The notes below the pieces were generated by a model. That model made no database searches and was not told the DNA's origin. It saw only the letters and a list, made by a program, of their open reading frames with translations. The position numbers were made by a program, and so were the translations under genes. Shown one piece after another: positions 26,782 to 37,952 of a stretch of 64,000 nt of DNA; the stretch's first letter is position 1, and every line of letters begins with the position of its first letter. The DNA lies in contig JALMLS010000487.1 in NCBI GenBank assembly GCA_038496445.1, positions 124,001 to 188,000 of the forward strand, read 5' to 3'. This DNA comes from Trichosphaerium sp. ATCC 40318. Its lineage: Eukaryota; Protista; Tubulinea.

Positions 26782-28735
26782 TTTACAATAAATCTTGTAG
26801 TACTAAGGCTAACAAAAATAGTAAGTGTTGTATTCTCTATCAATTAAAGAACTCACTTGTTGCCACAACAAAAGCAGTAATAAGCATAGGTCCTAAAACA
26901 GCCAAACAGAAAATAATCCATGGTGACGAATCTACTCTCTTAGTTAATCAAAAGTTTCAAGTCTGATTGTACTAGTTTCTTCAAGTACTTGGTATCGTTG
27001 GCGTTGTGAAGCATTGTGTCTCATTTTTATGTGGGTTTGAACAAGATAAGCACGATATACTTCCTCTTTGGTCATATGTTAGCAACACTTACCAATATCA
27101 AACAAACCATACCTCTGTGAGTATTCATTCAGTTGGCATGGTTTACATCCAAATCTACCAGCTGGAGTTCCTGATGCGTATGTGCCTAGTATTATCCTTT
27201 TCAATTATTGTTGAGCAGGATCTCGATTTTACCTGGAGGACAAGCAAAACATGTGGTATTACCACCCAAAGAGGTTTGACCTTGTTTACAAGGTTGGCAG
27301 CTTAGAATTTTACTTGTAATTTCGTAGCCAATTTCACAGTTTTTAGCTTTTGTCGGATGAGTTCATGACAGCTGCACAATATGATACGTACTGTAGAGTT
27401 CAGGGCTTATATATTGGTTTTCCATTGTGATTGATATATTACTATGTCGTAATGGATAGTAATACACAAGTGCTGCGCCTGCAGGTCTAGGTTTTCCATC
27501 CTGAAAATGTTTGTTAGTACAAAAACCAATCAGTTGACATGCGTTAATTAGATGTATCGTATTGTTATTGAGGATGAGGGTCACATCGTCTCCCATCATA
27601 TTCACAATTGTGTATTGACTGTAAAGCTCATAGAATGTGTTTTTGGTCAATGTAGCAACACAGCTTTGTCCTATAAAACTTAACCTAATAGTAGAGTTTG
27701 AAATAACTACTATTCTTGACCCCACAGTTTTCAGTGACCCCTGTATAGTTGTATTTGAAACATTGATATATGAGGCTATTGAAACAGTGGGTACTTGGAT
27801 TAACATTTATATTTGTGGATAGTGAGTTAATCGTCAAAATTGTTTAAAAAATGGAGGAAATCTGGTACCTTCCCAAAGTCCACTTCCCTGTATGTGACTG
27901 TTTTTTACAGTTACTTCCGATCTTAAAGAACTAGCACCAATACCATTGTCACCTCCTAATACACTGTCTTCCATATAAAAAGTACCAGGTTTGTTGTAGA
28001 AACTAACACTAAATTCACTTTTTGAACAACCTGACTTTCGTTCGAAATCCAAAAGATCCCATTGAACGAAATACGTCGTAAGTTCCCAACCCTAATTCAA
28101 CTCCTTTGAAGTGCTTTAGCTTGTGTAGGATAATAACTTCATTCGTACCAATGAAGGTAATGTCAACTTTGAATTGCTGGCTCACACAGTCATAAGAAAG
28201 TTGACGACAATGTTGCGCACCAAGCCATTCAAAATAGGTCTCATTGTTTGATTAGAATGCCAGTAGTCTGCTTTGAATGTAAGACTTTTAAAATTATTCC
28301 ATTTTACTTCAACACGATCAGAACGATAAAACGCAACATTCCCTTGTAGAAAAAATAAGATACACAGTTTCCCACAACATGTTTGTTCTATTTACCTCCA
28401 ACACAGACAACGTAAAATACACCTGTGTCATTGAGTGTTGCTCTTTCAATGGTTCTGAAAGGTTTTTCTTGTGAACCATTTCCCTGTTTGAAGTAAGCAC
28501 GTGATATCATCGCTCGAACGCGTAAGCACGTTTTTTTGTGTACTTACACTCAGATCGTCACCAAAATCAGCAATGTAGACATCACACGCTTCGTTTGATA
28601 AGTAGCGCACGTTTACTTCAGTAGGCACGTGATTAACTCTTTTAAAAGCAACTATAAAAGCTTACATGCTTCTAAGGCTTCACATGCGCATTGAAACGTC
28701 AGGAACACAACAAGGAGTGTTGTTAAAGTGTGCAT
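26782..28735 (-). CDS. Inverted paralog (copy B) of the beta-helix surface protein; apparent frameshift at about 28020
   Basis: Co-linear, near-identical exons and introns with 5867-7843. ATG at 28735. An A5 run (T at 28019-28023) leads into a TGA; one A fewer restores the frame. Confidence 0.75.
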
Positions 28736-28990
28736 TTCGATTGTAACTTTCTTTTCAGAAAAACGCAGACTGAACTTGTCAAAGATCAAAATACACTTCA
28801 AGAATGTAAGAACAGATGATATCACTACAAGAAAGAAGCTACAAGGTATGAGTTATAAGTCTCTGCTTTACTATTCAAAGCACAAATAGTCGCGGTCCTA
28901 TTCTTGTGGTAACTTAACATCGTATTTTAAGTCATTCCGAAAAAGTAATGTTGAGTTCTAACTCAACGCTTTGAACGGATACACTGAATT

Positions 28991-30510
28991 ATGCTTGTAA
29001 ACAAGGTAGTAGGCACCAAAGATCAAAGGTTCGACGCAAATTGTTCTACTATCGTATTCTAACCAACGATAGAGTGCAAAAAAGCATTTTAGACCTTCCC
29101 ACAGAGGTTTTAGCGCTTATTTTGCGCAAAACAACAAAATCACGCTTTGCTGCTTCTCAAACATGTCATCACCTTGCTTCTATCGTTCACGATATTATTG
29201 GATACTGTAGCGTTCGGATTTCACGTGTTGACCAAGCTTCAGCAATTTTAAAACACTCAAGCACTCTTCAACACACAAACATCAAACTTGTTGGCAAAGC
29301 TATTTCTGATGATGTTATCAAGACGTTTGCTGGTGTTCGTTCGATCAATCTTTGTGAATGTAGCAATATTATAACTGATGAAGGTGTTAAAGCACTTGCT
29401 GGCGTTCATACCATTCACCTATCTAATACTGCAGTGGCGAACGAAGGATTAAAAGCTCTTTCTGGCGTTCACACTATAGAACTTCTTTTTTGTAAGCATA
29501 TTACAGATGAAGGGATAAAAGCACTTGCTGGTGTTCATACCATTCGTCTATCTAATAATGCAATTACAGATGAAGGGTTAAAATCGCTTGCTGGTGTTCA
29601 TACCATTTGTCTATCTGGTAATGCAATTACAGATGAAGGGTTAAAATCACTTGCTGGTGTTCATACCATTAGTCTATCTAGTAATGCAATTACAGATGAA
29701 GGGTTAAAAGCACTTGCTGGTGTTCATACCATTCGTCTATCTGGTAATGCAATTACAGATGAAGGGTTAAAGTATCTTGCTGGAGTTCATACAATTAAAC
29801 TCAATGGTTGCGAATGTATAACAGATAAAGGGTTGAAAGCACTTTCTGGTGTACATACTATCTCTCTGTCCAGAACGTCAGTCACTGGTGAAGGGATGAA
29901 AGCACTTTCTGGCGTTCATACTATTGATCTGTCTTGTTGTACCTCAGTAAGGGGCGGTCTTGGGGCGCTTGCTGGTGCCCATTCTATTTCCCTTAGGCGC
30001 TGTTTTGTGAACGATGATGCAATCAAAGAGCTGAAAGGCACTCATACCCTTGATCTTGCACGGTGCAGGTTAATAACAGATAAAGGGATAAAAGCACTTG
30101 CTGGAGTATATAGTATTAATCTGTCTAGAACCTCCGTTACTGATGAAGGTATAAAAGCACTTGCTGGAGTTCATAGCATTCGTCTATCTAACACTGCAGT
30201 TACAGATGAAGGGTTAAAGGCACTTGCTGGAGTTCATACCGTTCATCTATCTAGAACGTCTATTACAGATGAAGGATTAAAATATGTTTCAGGCGTACAC
30301 TTTATTGATCTTAATAGTTGCAAATATATTACAGATAAAGGTGTACAGTCGCTTTCTGGTGCATATGTTATTATGCTTATAGGTTGTAAACAGATAACAA
30401 ATGAGGCCATTAAATCATTGATTGGTGTTCGTAGAATTAATATCAGTGGCACTTCAATTACTCAAAAATGTCTTGATCAAGTACTATATTTCAACACTGG
30501 TACCAAATGA
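28991..30510 (+). CDS. F-box + GVHTI-type LRR protein (about 18 repeats); short first exon, intron 29029-29072
   Basis: MLVNKVVGTKDQ/RVQKSILDLPTEVLALIL, then 63-bp repeat units starting at 29530, 29593, 29656 and 29719. AATAAA follows the stop. Confidence 0.9.
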
Positions 30511-30840
30511 GTGAAGCGCAAAATTGTTTGGAAATAAAAAACCTTGTTTTAATTGCCTGGTAATCAAAGTTCTGAAAAAAAATATGAAATAATTGCGAAG
30601 CAGCTTAACAATAAAAGCGCAAGAAAATACCCAACACATTCTAAGTCTGTTGTTGAGCTTTTACCCTGCTTTTTTTTTCAGCTTAGCCTGTTATTGTAAA
30701 GTCAAGTTATCATGTACAAAGTGCAGCCTGGAAAAAAATAGGACTCCGACTGAATATCTATTATTACGAACATGACCAAGATGGCAAGTAAGTGGTCATG
30801 AGAATCATTCCAATTATGTCCTTTTAGCTTAGAAAAAAAT

Positions 30841-30915
30841 AGGCTCGAAAGGGAGCCGAACCCTTGACCTCTTGCCTACGAAGCAAGCGCTATAGACCAA
30901 CTAATCTATCAAGCC
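30841..30915 (-). tRNA. tRNA-Thr(CGT), degenerate, possible pseudogene
   Basis: Cloverleaf GGCTTGA TA GATT AGTTGGTCTA TAGC G CTTGC TTCGTAG GCAAG AGGTC AAGGG TTCGGCT CCCTT TCGAGCC T followed by a T7 terminator. Has D-stem mismatches and G at position 58. Confidence 0.8.
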
Positions 30916-31345
30916 TTTATTGCTTTACTTCTGTGCACATAATTGTAGCGGCTGAGCAAGCTAGCGTTGCAAGGAGAGGTATCACAAAAAGAGTTTTTGT
31001 TGAAATCTGATAAATCAATATTGCATATTCCTCATGCCTTAACGCCTTTCCAGGAAATTTAGTATTACTAGCACCATTTCTTCTTTGTTATTCCTTTCTC
31101 TATAAGATTATCTTATTGCTAGGTACGAATTAGTATTCACAATATTCATCGACATCTAAACACACCATAGTAAGAGTTACCCTAGGCGCTCCAAACGAAC
31201 ACATGGAGTAGAAAGTTTACATTTTAGTATTGCAATTTATAGAGCGCTTATTTGTAGCACCTAGCTGTTTTACAGATACTTTTGCTTTTATTCTGAGGAA
31301 AAAAGAAAGACAAGTTTGTAGAAAGCTAAACTGTACATGCCAATA

Positions 31346-32559
31346 CTAGTCTTTTTTCTTGGGTCTCTTTCTTCTTTTTTTCTGTTCATAGTCTTCAGAA
31401 ACCTTCCTCTTTTTTGCATCTTTCTTGCTTTTTTTATCATTTTGATATTTTTCTTCTTGTTCAGCAAAAACACGTGTAGCAAAATTCATCGCTTCGACTA
31501 TTACTGGATCAGTAATCCCAAGAGAAGAAGTACCAAAACGTGCTTCACAATTATCCATAATTATTGATCTATCATATGGATACATCCCGGTATCTCTCCA
31601 ACTAGATTTTATGATCTTAGGCTTAAACACAATCTTCTCAGCCTCAGGTGTAATGAGCGACTTTGTCGTCATGTTGGGTTCAAGACTGTCATCCTCAGCA
31701 ACCATTGTTTTGTACAATCTATTAACAACACAGTCAATGATACAGTAAGGCTTTGTAAGAGGATTTTGGAATTGTGCAGCACGTGCTGCCCAAAACATCA
31801 TGTGGATCTTCCTCTCTCTACATTTTTTCATGGTAGGTATATGCAAATGAGTCTCTGATCTATCAAGAAATAGAAAAGCATGTCTGTCTTTCTGAAAGCA
31901 AGATATCTCTTTATAAAAAGCATCAAGTATCTTAGGCCATATAACATTATTTATATTACCTCCATCAACACAACAGTAGCTCCTTGGCCAGTTTGATCTT
32001 AGCTTCCTCTCCTTTGAAACATACAAACTAACAAAACAAGTGTCTCCCTCTTGGCCACCAGTAGGAAGTAGATATACAACTAGTATTACCTTACCTGTTG
32101 CTGAAAGGAATGTAACAAGTGTGATAGGTTCTTTATCATCTGTTCCTTTGAGTACAACTGATTTTTCATCAACAACAAACATCAACTCTGGATTCATGTT
32201 ATACTCCTCTCTCAACTCCTCGAATTTATCACACCATAAGCTTGTAAGTCTTAGAGTATCCGGGGTTTGTTTTTAACCCTTAAAGGATGCTTTTCTTCGT
32301 CTTCATGCTGACGTTTTATAACTCCGGCAATACTATCAGTGAAACGCTTTTCTTGGCTTTCTGTGAGGAGAGAAGTTCTTTGAGAGGAGTTATCTTGAAT
32401 TCCATGTAGAATACACATGTTGTACAATTCTGAAGGATCTATGCTGTGTTCAATGGCAATTGGGGTACAAACATCGCGTAGTGACATTGTTTCTTTGTCG
32501 TTTTCTTCTAAATGAGATAAAACAGCCGAAATAGCTTTTTCCATCGGTATTCGTTGCAT
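31346..32559 (-). mobile_element. pogo/Fot1-like DDE_1 transposase-derived gene, split by a frameshift, third catalytic Asp absent
   Basis: LWCDKFEELREEYNMNPELMFVVDEK (D1), ITLVTFLSATG, FLFLDRSETH (D2), QFQNPLT (canonical LQPLD), and a basic NLS-like tail. No TIRs found. Confidence 0.75.
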
Positions 32560-33042
32560 CTCTGGTGAATTTATTGAAGTAATAGGTTAAGGCTAAGAAT
32601 GTTAAGTTATGCTTTCGTAGGGATCTTGGATTCGTCTACAGTTAGCTCGCTAAGAAAGCCAAAATTGTACAAACGTTACACTTTCTACCTCCGCCACAGC
32701 GGAGTATCCCAACAAATACAACTTAGCAAGATATTGGCAGCAAGCAACACTAAGCAATCCATCACATTTCTTTCTATATGTTGTTGACACATATTTGCGT
32801 TGTGACATCTAGGAACAGATTGAATACGCCGTAGATACTATGGTTTGTTTTGTAGAACATGCTGATTAGATTGCAGTAGCTAAATTGTTCTTGCGGAACA
32901 ATAATATTGCGTAATTGCAAAGTTTGATCAAAGTAAACAATACAATTGGATTTTTATTTAACTTGACTGCTGTCAACTATATGTCACTGTTTATTCATAA
33001 TAGTATTTATGGTTAAAGGTCTACAAAGTACACTTCCTGACT

Positions 33043-33816
33043 TTAAATAAACACATAAGTTCCCTGTAATGCTACAGCCCCCTTTCTTGTTACATTAGTA
33101 TTATAAGCGAAAATACTTTTTGCACCAACAAGTGCTTTGACACCTTCATCTGTTATTGAAGTGTTACTAAGGCCAATATAATGAACCCCAACAAGTGCTT
33201 TGACACCTTCATCTGTTACCGAAGTATTACTCAGGTAAATAGTATGAACACCAGCAAGTGCTTTAACACCTTCATCTGTTACTGAAGTATTACTCAGGTT
33301 AATAGTGTGAACACCAGCAAGTGCTTTGACACCTTTGTCTGTTACTAAAGTAGTACTCAGGTCAATAGTATGAACTCCAACAAGTGCGCTAATACATTCA
33401 TCTGTTATTGAAGTATAACTAAGGTCAATAATGTGCACTCCAGCAAGTGCTTTGACGCCTTCGTCTGTTACTGAAGTGTTACTCAGGTAAATAGTATGAA
33501 CTCCAACAAGTGCTTTGACACCTTCATCTGTAATTGAAGTGTTAATAAGCGAAATACTATGAACTCCAGCAAATTCTTTGATAGTGTCTTCATCTAAATC
33601 ACATGCAAGGATGATTTTTGAGTATTTCATAATGCCAACATGTTCTACAGCTGATTTTGCTTGAGCTAATGTTTTAATCGTAATAGTGTGGTATCCAATA
33701 ATATCATGAACGATAGAAGCAAGAAAATGACACGTTTGACAAGCAGCAAACCGCGATTTGGTTGTATGACGCAAGATGTGTGCTATTATCTCCGTAGGTA
33801 GCTGCAACAAACTCAT
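33043..33816 (-). CDS. F-box + GVHTI-type LRR protein (about 8 repeats)
   Basis: LLQLPTEIIAHIL...ACQTC and 63-bp repeats. A short upstream exon is possible. Confidence 0.9.
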   Translation of the reverse strand: MSLLQLPTEIIAHILRHTTKSRFAACQTCHFLASIVHDIIGYHTITIKTLAQAKSAVEHVGIMKYSKIILACDLDEDTIKEFAGVHSISLINTSITDEGVKALVGVHTIYLSNTSVTDEGVKALAGVHIIDLSYTSITDECISALVGVHTIDLSTTLVTDKGVKALAGVHTINLSNTSVTDEGVKALAGVHTIYLSNTSVTDEGVKALVGVHYIGLSNTSITDEGVKALVGAKSIFAYNTNVTRKGAVALQGTYVFI

Positions 33817-34180
33817 ACTGGTCTGCTTTCGATTTGAAAACTCTCTACGCTGAACACGTGTTTCTGTTTTTGATTGGTCAACGGCAGTTTTTCAATGATT
33901 ATAATCAACGTCAAATACAGTGATTACGTAAGACACATCAGCACGCTTTCGAGTGAATATCATCTTTTGGGCGCTTATTAGGTGAGTGGACTAGCGCTCC
34001 TACGTAAAATACTGCTTTCGTCTTGTTACAGTGCCATTTTATGTAAAAAAAAAGTACAAAGCTCCAAACACGTGATTTCTTGGTTTAAATATCTTTTGCC
34101 AGTTCCGTTTCAACAAAAAAAGTGGTTGATTTTTTCAGTTTAGAGTCAACGGCTATTCCGCAATAAGTACACGTGGCACC
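33817..34180. promoter_or_regulatory. Divergent intergenic region between two F-box/LRR genes with three CACGTG sites
   Basis: CACGTG at 33855, 34069 and 34170. Confidence 0.5.
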
Positions 34181-35461
34181 ATGGATCGCACAGAAAATAA
34201 ATATTCAATTGAATTGGCGTCCGATACATTAAATCAAAGGTAAACGTTTTGTTGATTGTATCGTTCTAAAATAATTTGTAGCACTCAAAAAACATTACTG
34301 GACATGCCTACTGAGATTCTAGCGATTATTTTAACTCATACAACAAAATCGCGGTTTGCAGCTTGTCAAACATGTCGTATCCTTTCTTCTGTCATTCACG
34401 ACATTATTGGATACCATAGTATACGTATAACAACAGAAAATCAAGCGAAACAAGTTGTAAAGCATTGTGGAATTATGAAACACACAAGAATCGATTTATA
34501 TGGGTTTCCTTCAGGCAAGATTGTGGAACAATTTGCAGGAGTGCATACAATTGTGTTGAGGAATAGTCGACAAATTACAGACAAAGTAATGATATATTTG
34601 GCCGGAGTTCATACAATTGACCTTTATTGGACATCAGTAACAGGTGAAGGAGTGAAAGCACTCAAAGGCGTTCATACTATTAACCTTTCTCGCACATCAG
34701 TGACAGATGAAGGTGTCAAAGCACTCGTTGGTGTTCATACTATTAGCCTTTCTTGCACATCAGTGACAGATGAAGGTGTAAAAGCACTTGTTGGTGTTCA
34801 TAGTATTGACCTTTCTTGCACATCAGTGACAGATGAAGGAGTCAAAGCACTCGTTGGTGTTCATACTATTAACCTTTGTAGCACATCAACGACAGATGAA
34901 GGTGTGAAAGCACTTGTTGGCGTACATACTATTAACCTTTGTGGCACCTCTGTAACAGGTGAAGGAGTGAAAGCACTCAAAGGTGTTCATACTATTGACC
35001 TTTCTTGGACTGCAGTAACAGATGAAGCACTACAAAGTCTTGTTGGTGTTCACACTATTGACCTAAATAATTGTCATATTACAGCTGAAGGAATCAAAGC
35101 ACTCAAAGGCGTTCATGACATTACCCTTTGTAAACCAAGAGACTCGTGGCTCAAACAACTTGGTGATGTACACACAGTCCATATCAGTCAAGGAAGATAT
35201 GTAACAGATGATGGAATTAAAGCATTGATCAATGTCAAACACCTTGATTTGAATGATTTCCCTGAGATAACAGACTTGGGTTTTAAGACATTGGTCAACC
35301 TTGAGCGCTTAAACGTGGGTGACTGTCCACAGATTACAAATGGTTGCTTGAAGCACTTAACATCTTTAAAACAGGTTGCAGGATTGGAAAATACCAAACT
35401 TACAAAAGAAGCTGTTGAGTCAATGGGTATTCAATATTGTGGAGAGTACCTCAGTAATTAG
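34181..35461 (+). CDS. F-box + GVHTI-type LRR protein; short first exon, intron 34240-34281
   Basis: MDRTENKYSIELASDTLNQ/STQKTLLDMPTEILAIIL. The intron has the same position and phase as in the 28991 paralog. Divergent from the 33816 gene. Confidence 0.9.
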
Positions 35462-36015
35462 TTAAATAAATAGGCAATTTATAGGCCATTGTAAAGTTGT
35501 TTTGTCTGAGTGACGGTATTCTAAATCGTATTCTTTTCAAGTGTAGATTATAAATAGCTTCTCAACTTATCCTGACTTGGTGCCAGACCTGCATTTGGTA
35601 CTGGTATTTTTTTTTGGGAGATCCACTTGAAGATGCAGTAGAACTCATAAGTTTTCGATTTAACATTGTTGTGCTCGTTCGAAAGAGAACTCATTAATGC
35701 CTTTCCGCAGTGTAGGTTTTTTTTTTCGACACCCTTTGAGTCCCTCGTCAACACTATATGATATCCTTACATTATGGTACTTCCATGAGTGTCTTTTAAT
35801 CATAGGCCGCGGAGGGAGACAAACTTACATTTCAGACTTCCAATTTTTCTGACAAAAGTCAAGTAATACTTCACAGAACTATTATTTTGTACCATTACGC
35901 TCCCCACAACAAATAATGGAAGAGTGCTCAGATAGTTACAGCAGATGCTCTATTTTAGAGCAATTTTTTGGGTGTCCTGTGAGTGTAAAATAGATGTTTT
36001 TATTGTAATCAGTGG

Positions 36016-37598
36016 TTACAATATACCAATCTTTGTCAATCTTGATTTTACGTCATTGTACTCACTTTCTGTTAGTTGTCTTGTTGGTAATCTGGGAGGA
36101 CCAACATCGACACCTTTCATTTTCATAATAGCCTTTCCTAAATCATACAACCACGTGTTAGTTTTGGTGCACTAAAAAAAATAAAGGGTGGATAATTGTA
36201 CCAACGTCGCGTCCAGGAAAGTCATGTAGGATTTGAACTAATTGTGCTATCTTGTGCTGCTTATCACGTGCTGATTTAATATTACCATTATTGAACTCTG
36301 CAATAACTTCATTCATCATATCGCCGTTGTAATTATAAGTGCTACCTATAGCATACTCAGCCTTTAACAGTAAGTTAGTAATGAAGAGTTATTCAAAAAA
36401 ATAAATGGTTGATATCAAACAAAATGAGGCAGTAAATTGGCAGTATGTTAAATAAGTACACGCATAAGAAGTAAAAAGAAATAATTGACGTAGCAGTATG
36501 ACACGTGCAAAAAAAAAAAATGACGCAAAAGGTCAACTTTTTTTACACTTTGTAACAACAACGTACACCCATCGCCAATGCTCCCAAGAATAGACTGTCT
36601 CTTCCAAAAAACCTATAGATAATCCTTAAGACTTTTTTACTAGTATAAAACTAATGTTAACGTACATGGCATACTTTCTGCTGCTAAGATAAATACATTG
36701 AGTAAAATCACACAGATTAAAATCAGTAAATTTGATTCCAGACAGAGTAGGTATTAATCCGCTTCTCTCAACTTCTTCCAAAAATTCTCTCATAACAAAA
36801 GAAGCTCCAGCCATTGAACTAACCATAAAAAAAACTTACATCAACACCAAAGAAAGTCACAAAATGAGAAATTTTTTTGGTAACACTTACGGAATATGAT
36901 AATAAAAAAACGGCGTCTTTGGAGCTCCATTCGCTATGACATCCATCGTCTTTACTAAATCAGAAACAGCTAATGGCTATTGTATAATATTAGCACTATA
37001 TGAGTCCAGGATAAGGGAGAATAAGGATGTAATCCGTACTTGAAAAAAAGACGTTGACATTGCTATAATACCAGCAACACAAAGCTTCTCTGCGTGTTTC
37101 GCAAGTTCTACAGCGTCTTGAACGCAATTATGCTGTTCATAAATCATAAGCGATAACAGATGATGAACGAGTATAGAAACATACCCCAACGTGTACTATA
37201 CACGTGATGTCGTACTTTGGAGCGACTCTAACCCATTCTTCAACAAGAAGCATTCTCTCTTTTACTGACAACTTGAGACTAGCGAAAAAGATTGTTAAAA
37301 AGAAAGCGTAACATCACGTGGTACGAAACGTTTTCCTTATTAACACCAAAAGGTTGAAAACTAATTTATTTACCTCTCCCCGGTAGTGCCTGCTACAACG
37401 ACTGTCTTTACACCTTGCTTCTTTAAAAACTCGGCCTACCAACAGAGTTAAATGTAGTGAAAAAAAGTTGTCGCTAGTGGGGTTATTGTAGAAGATGCGT
37501 ACCTGAACTTTAACCTTTTGAAGGTCAAGTTCGTGACTGTCATAAGTAAATGGCGTAAAAACCGCGGCTACAAGGCCCTTTGTAACGCTATGCTCCAT
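36016..37598 (-). CDS. NPL: N-acetylneuraminate lyase (DHDPS/NAL family)
   Basis: GLVAAVFTPF, GTTGES, IVHVG, FFYYHIP, catalytic GIKFT and C-terminal VGPPRLP; multiple introns. Confidence 0.8.
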
Positions 37599-37952
37599 GG
37601 TTATAATTACCCAGCGTTTCTGGCAGGTTTGCCAACCGCTATCAACTTAACGCTCCTATGCTTAAGTCTTGACATGCAGACTCTGCCTAAGCATCAGTTT
37701 ACGACTTGATCGCAGCTGCCACTGTTTCATTATGTACAATCTATTCCATTGTTTTGACATGCATAAATTGAGCTCACGTGTAAGAAAAAGACATACAGTT
37801 TGGGTAAAAATGAATTAATATATTACATGATTTTTTTAAACAATGGAAGCAAACCCAAGATATCAAAACCAATAATTGGCCTTTTCCATAAAAACTTTGA
37901 TTTCTTTTAAGCTCCTCCATTGTTTATGATGTGGGGCTCGTTTGTTTTCGGT

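Noticed and set aside
29500-29800. 63-bp periodic repeats as a CRISPR-like array
   Set aside because: The units are in-frame coding LRRs without unique spacers, in a eukaryotic context with no cas genes.
31325-32650. TACAGTT(T)AGC-like sequences at about 31325 and 32637 as transposon TIRs
   Set aside because: They are short and point outward, the wrong orientation for terminal inverted repeats.
33100-35050. DGR-like adenine-directed mutagenesis of LRR repeats (variants often derivable from AAC/AAT/AGC codons)
   Set aside because: There is no reverse transcriptase or template repeat in the window, and neighbouring adenines (ACA GAT GAA, AAA GCA) are nearly invariant. Selection on point mutations is the simpler explanation.
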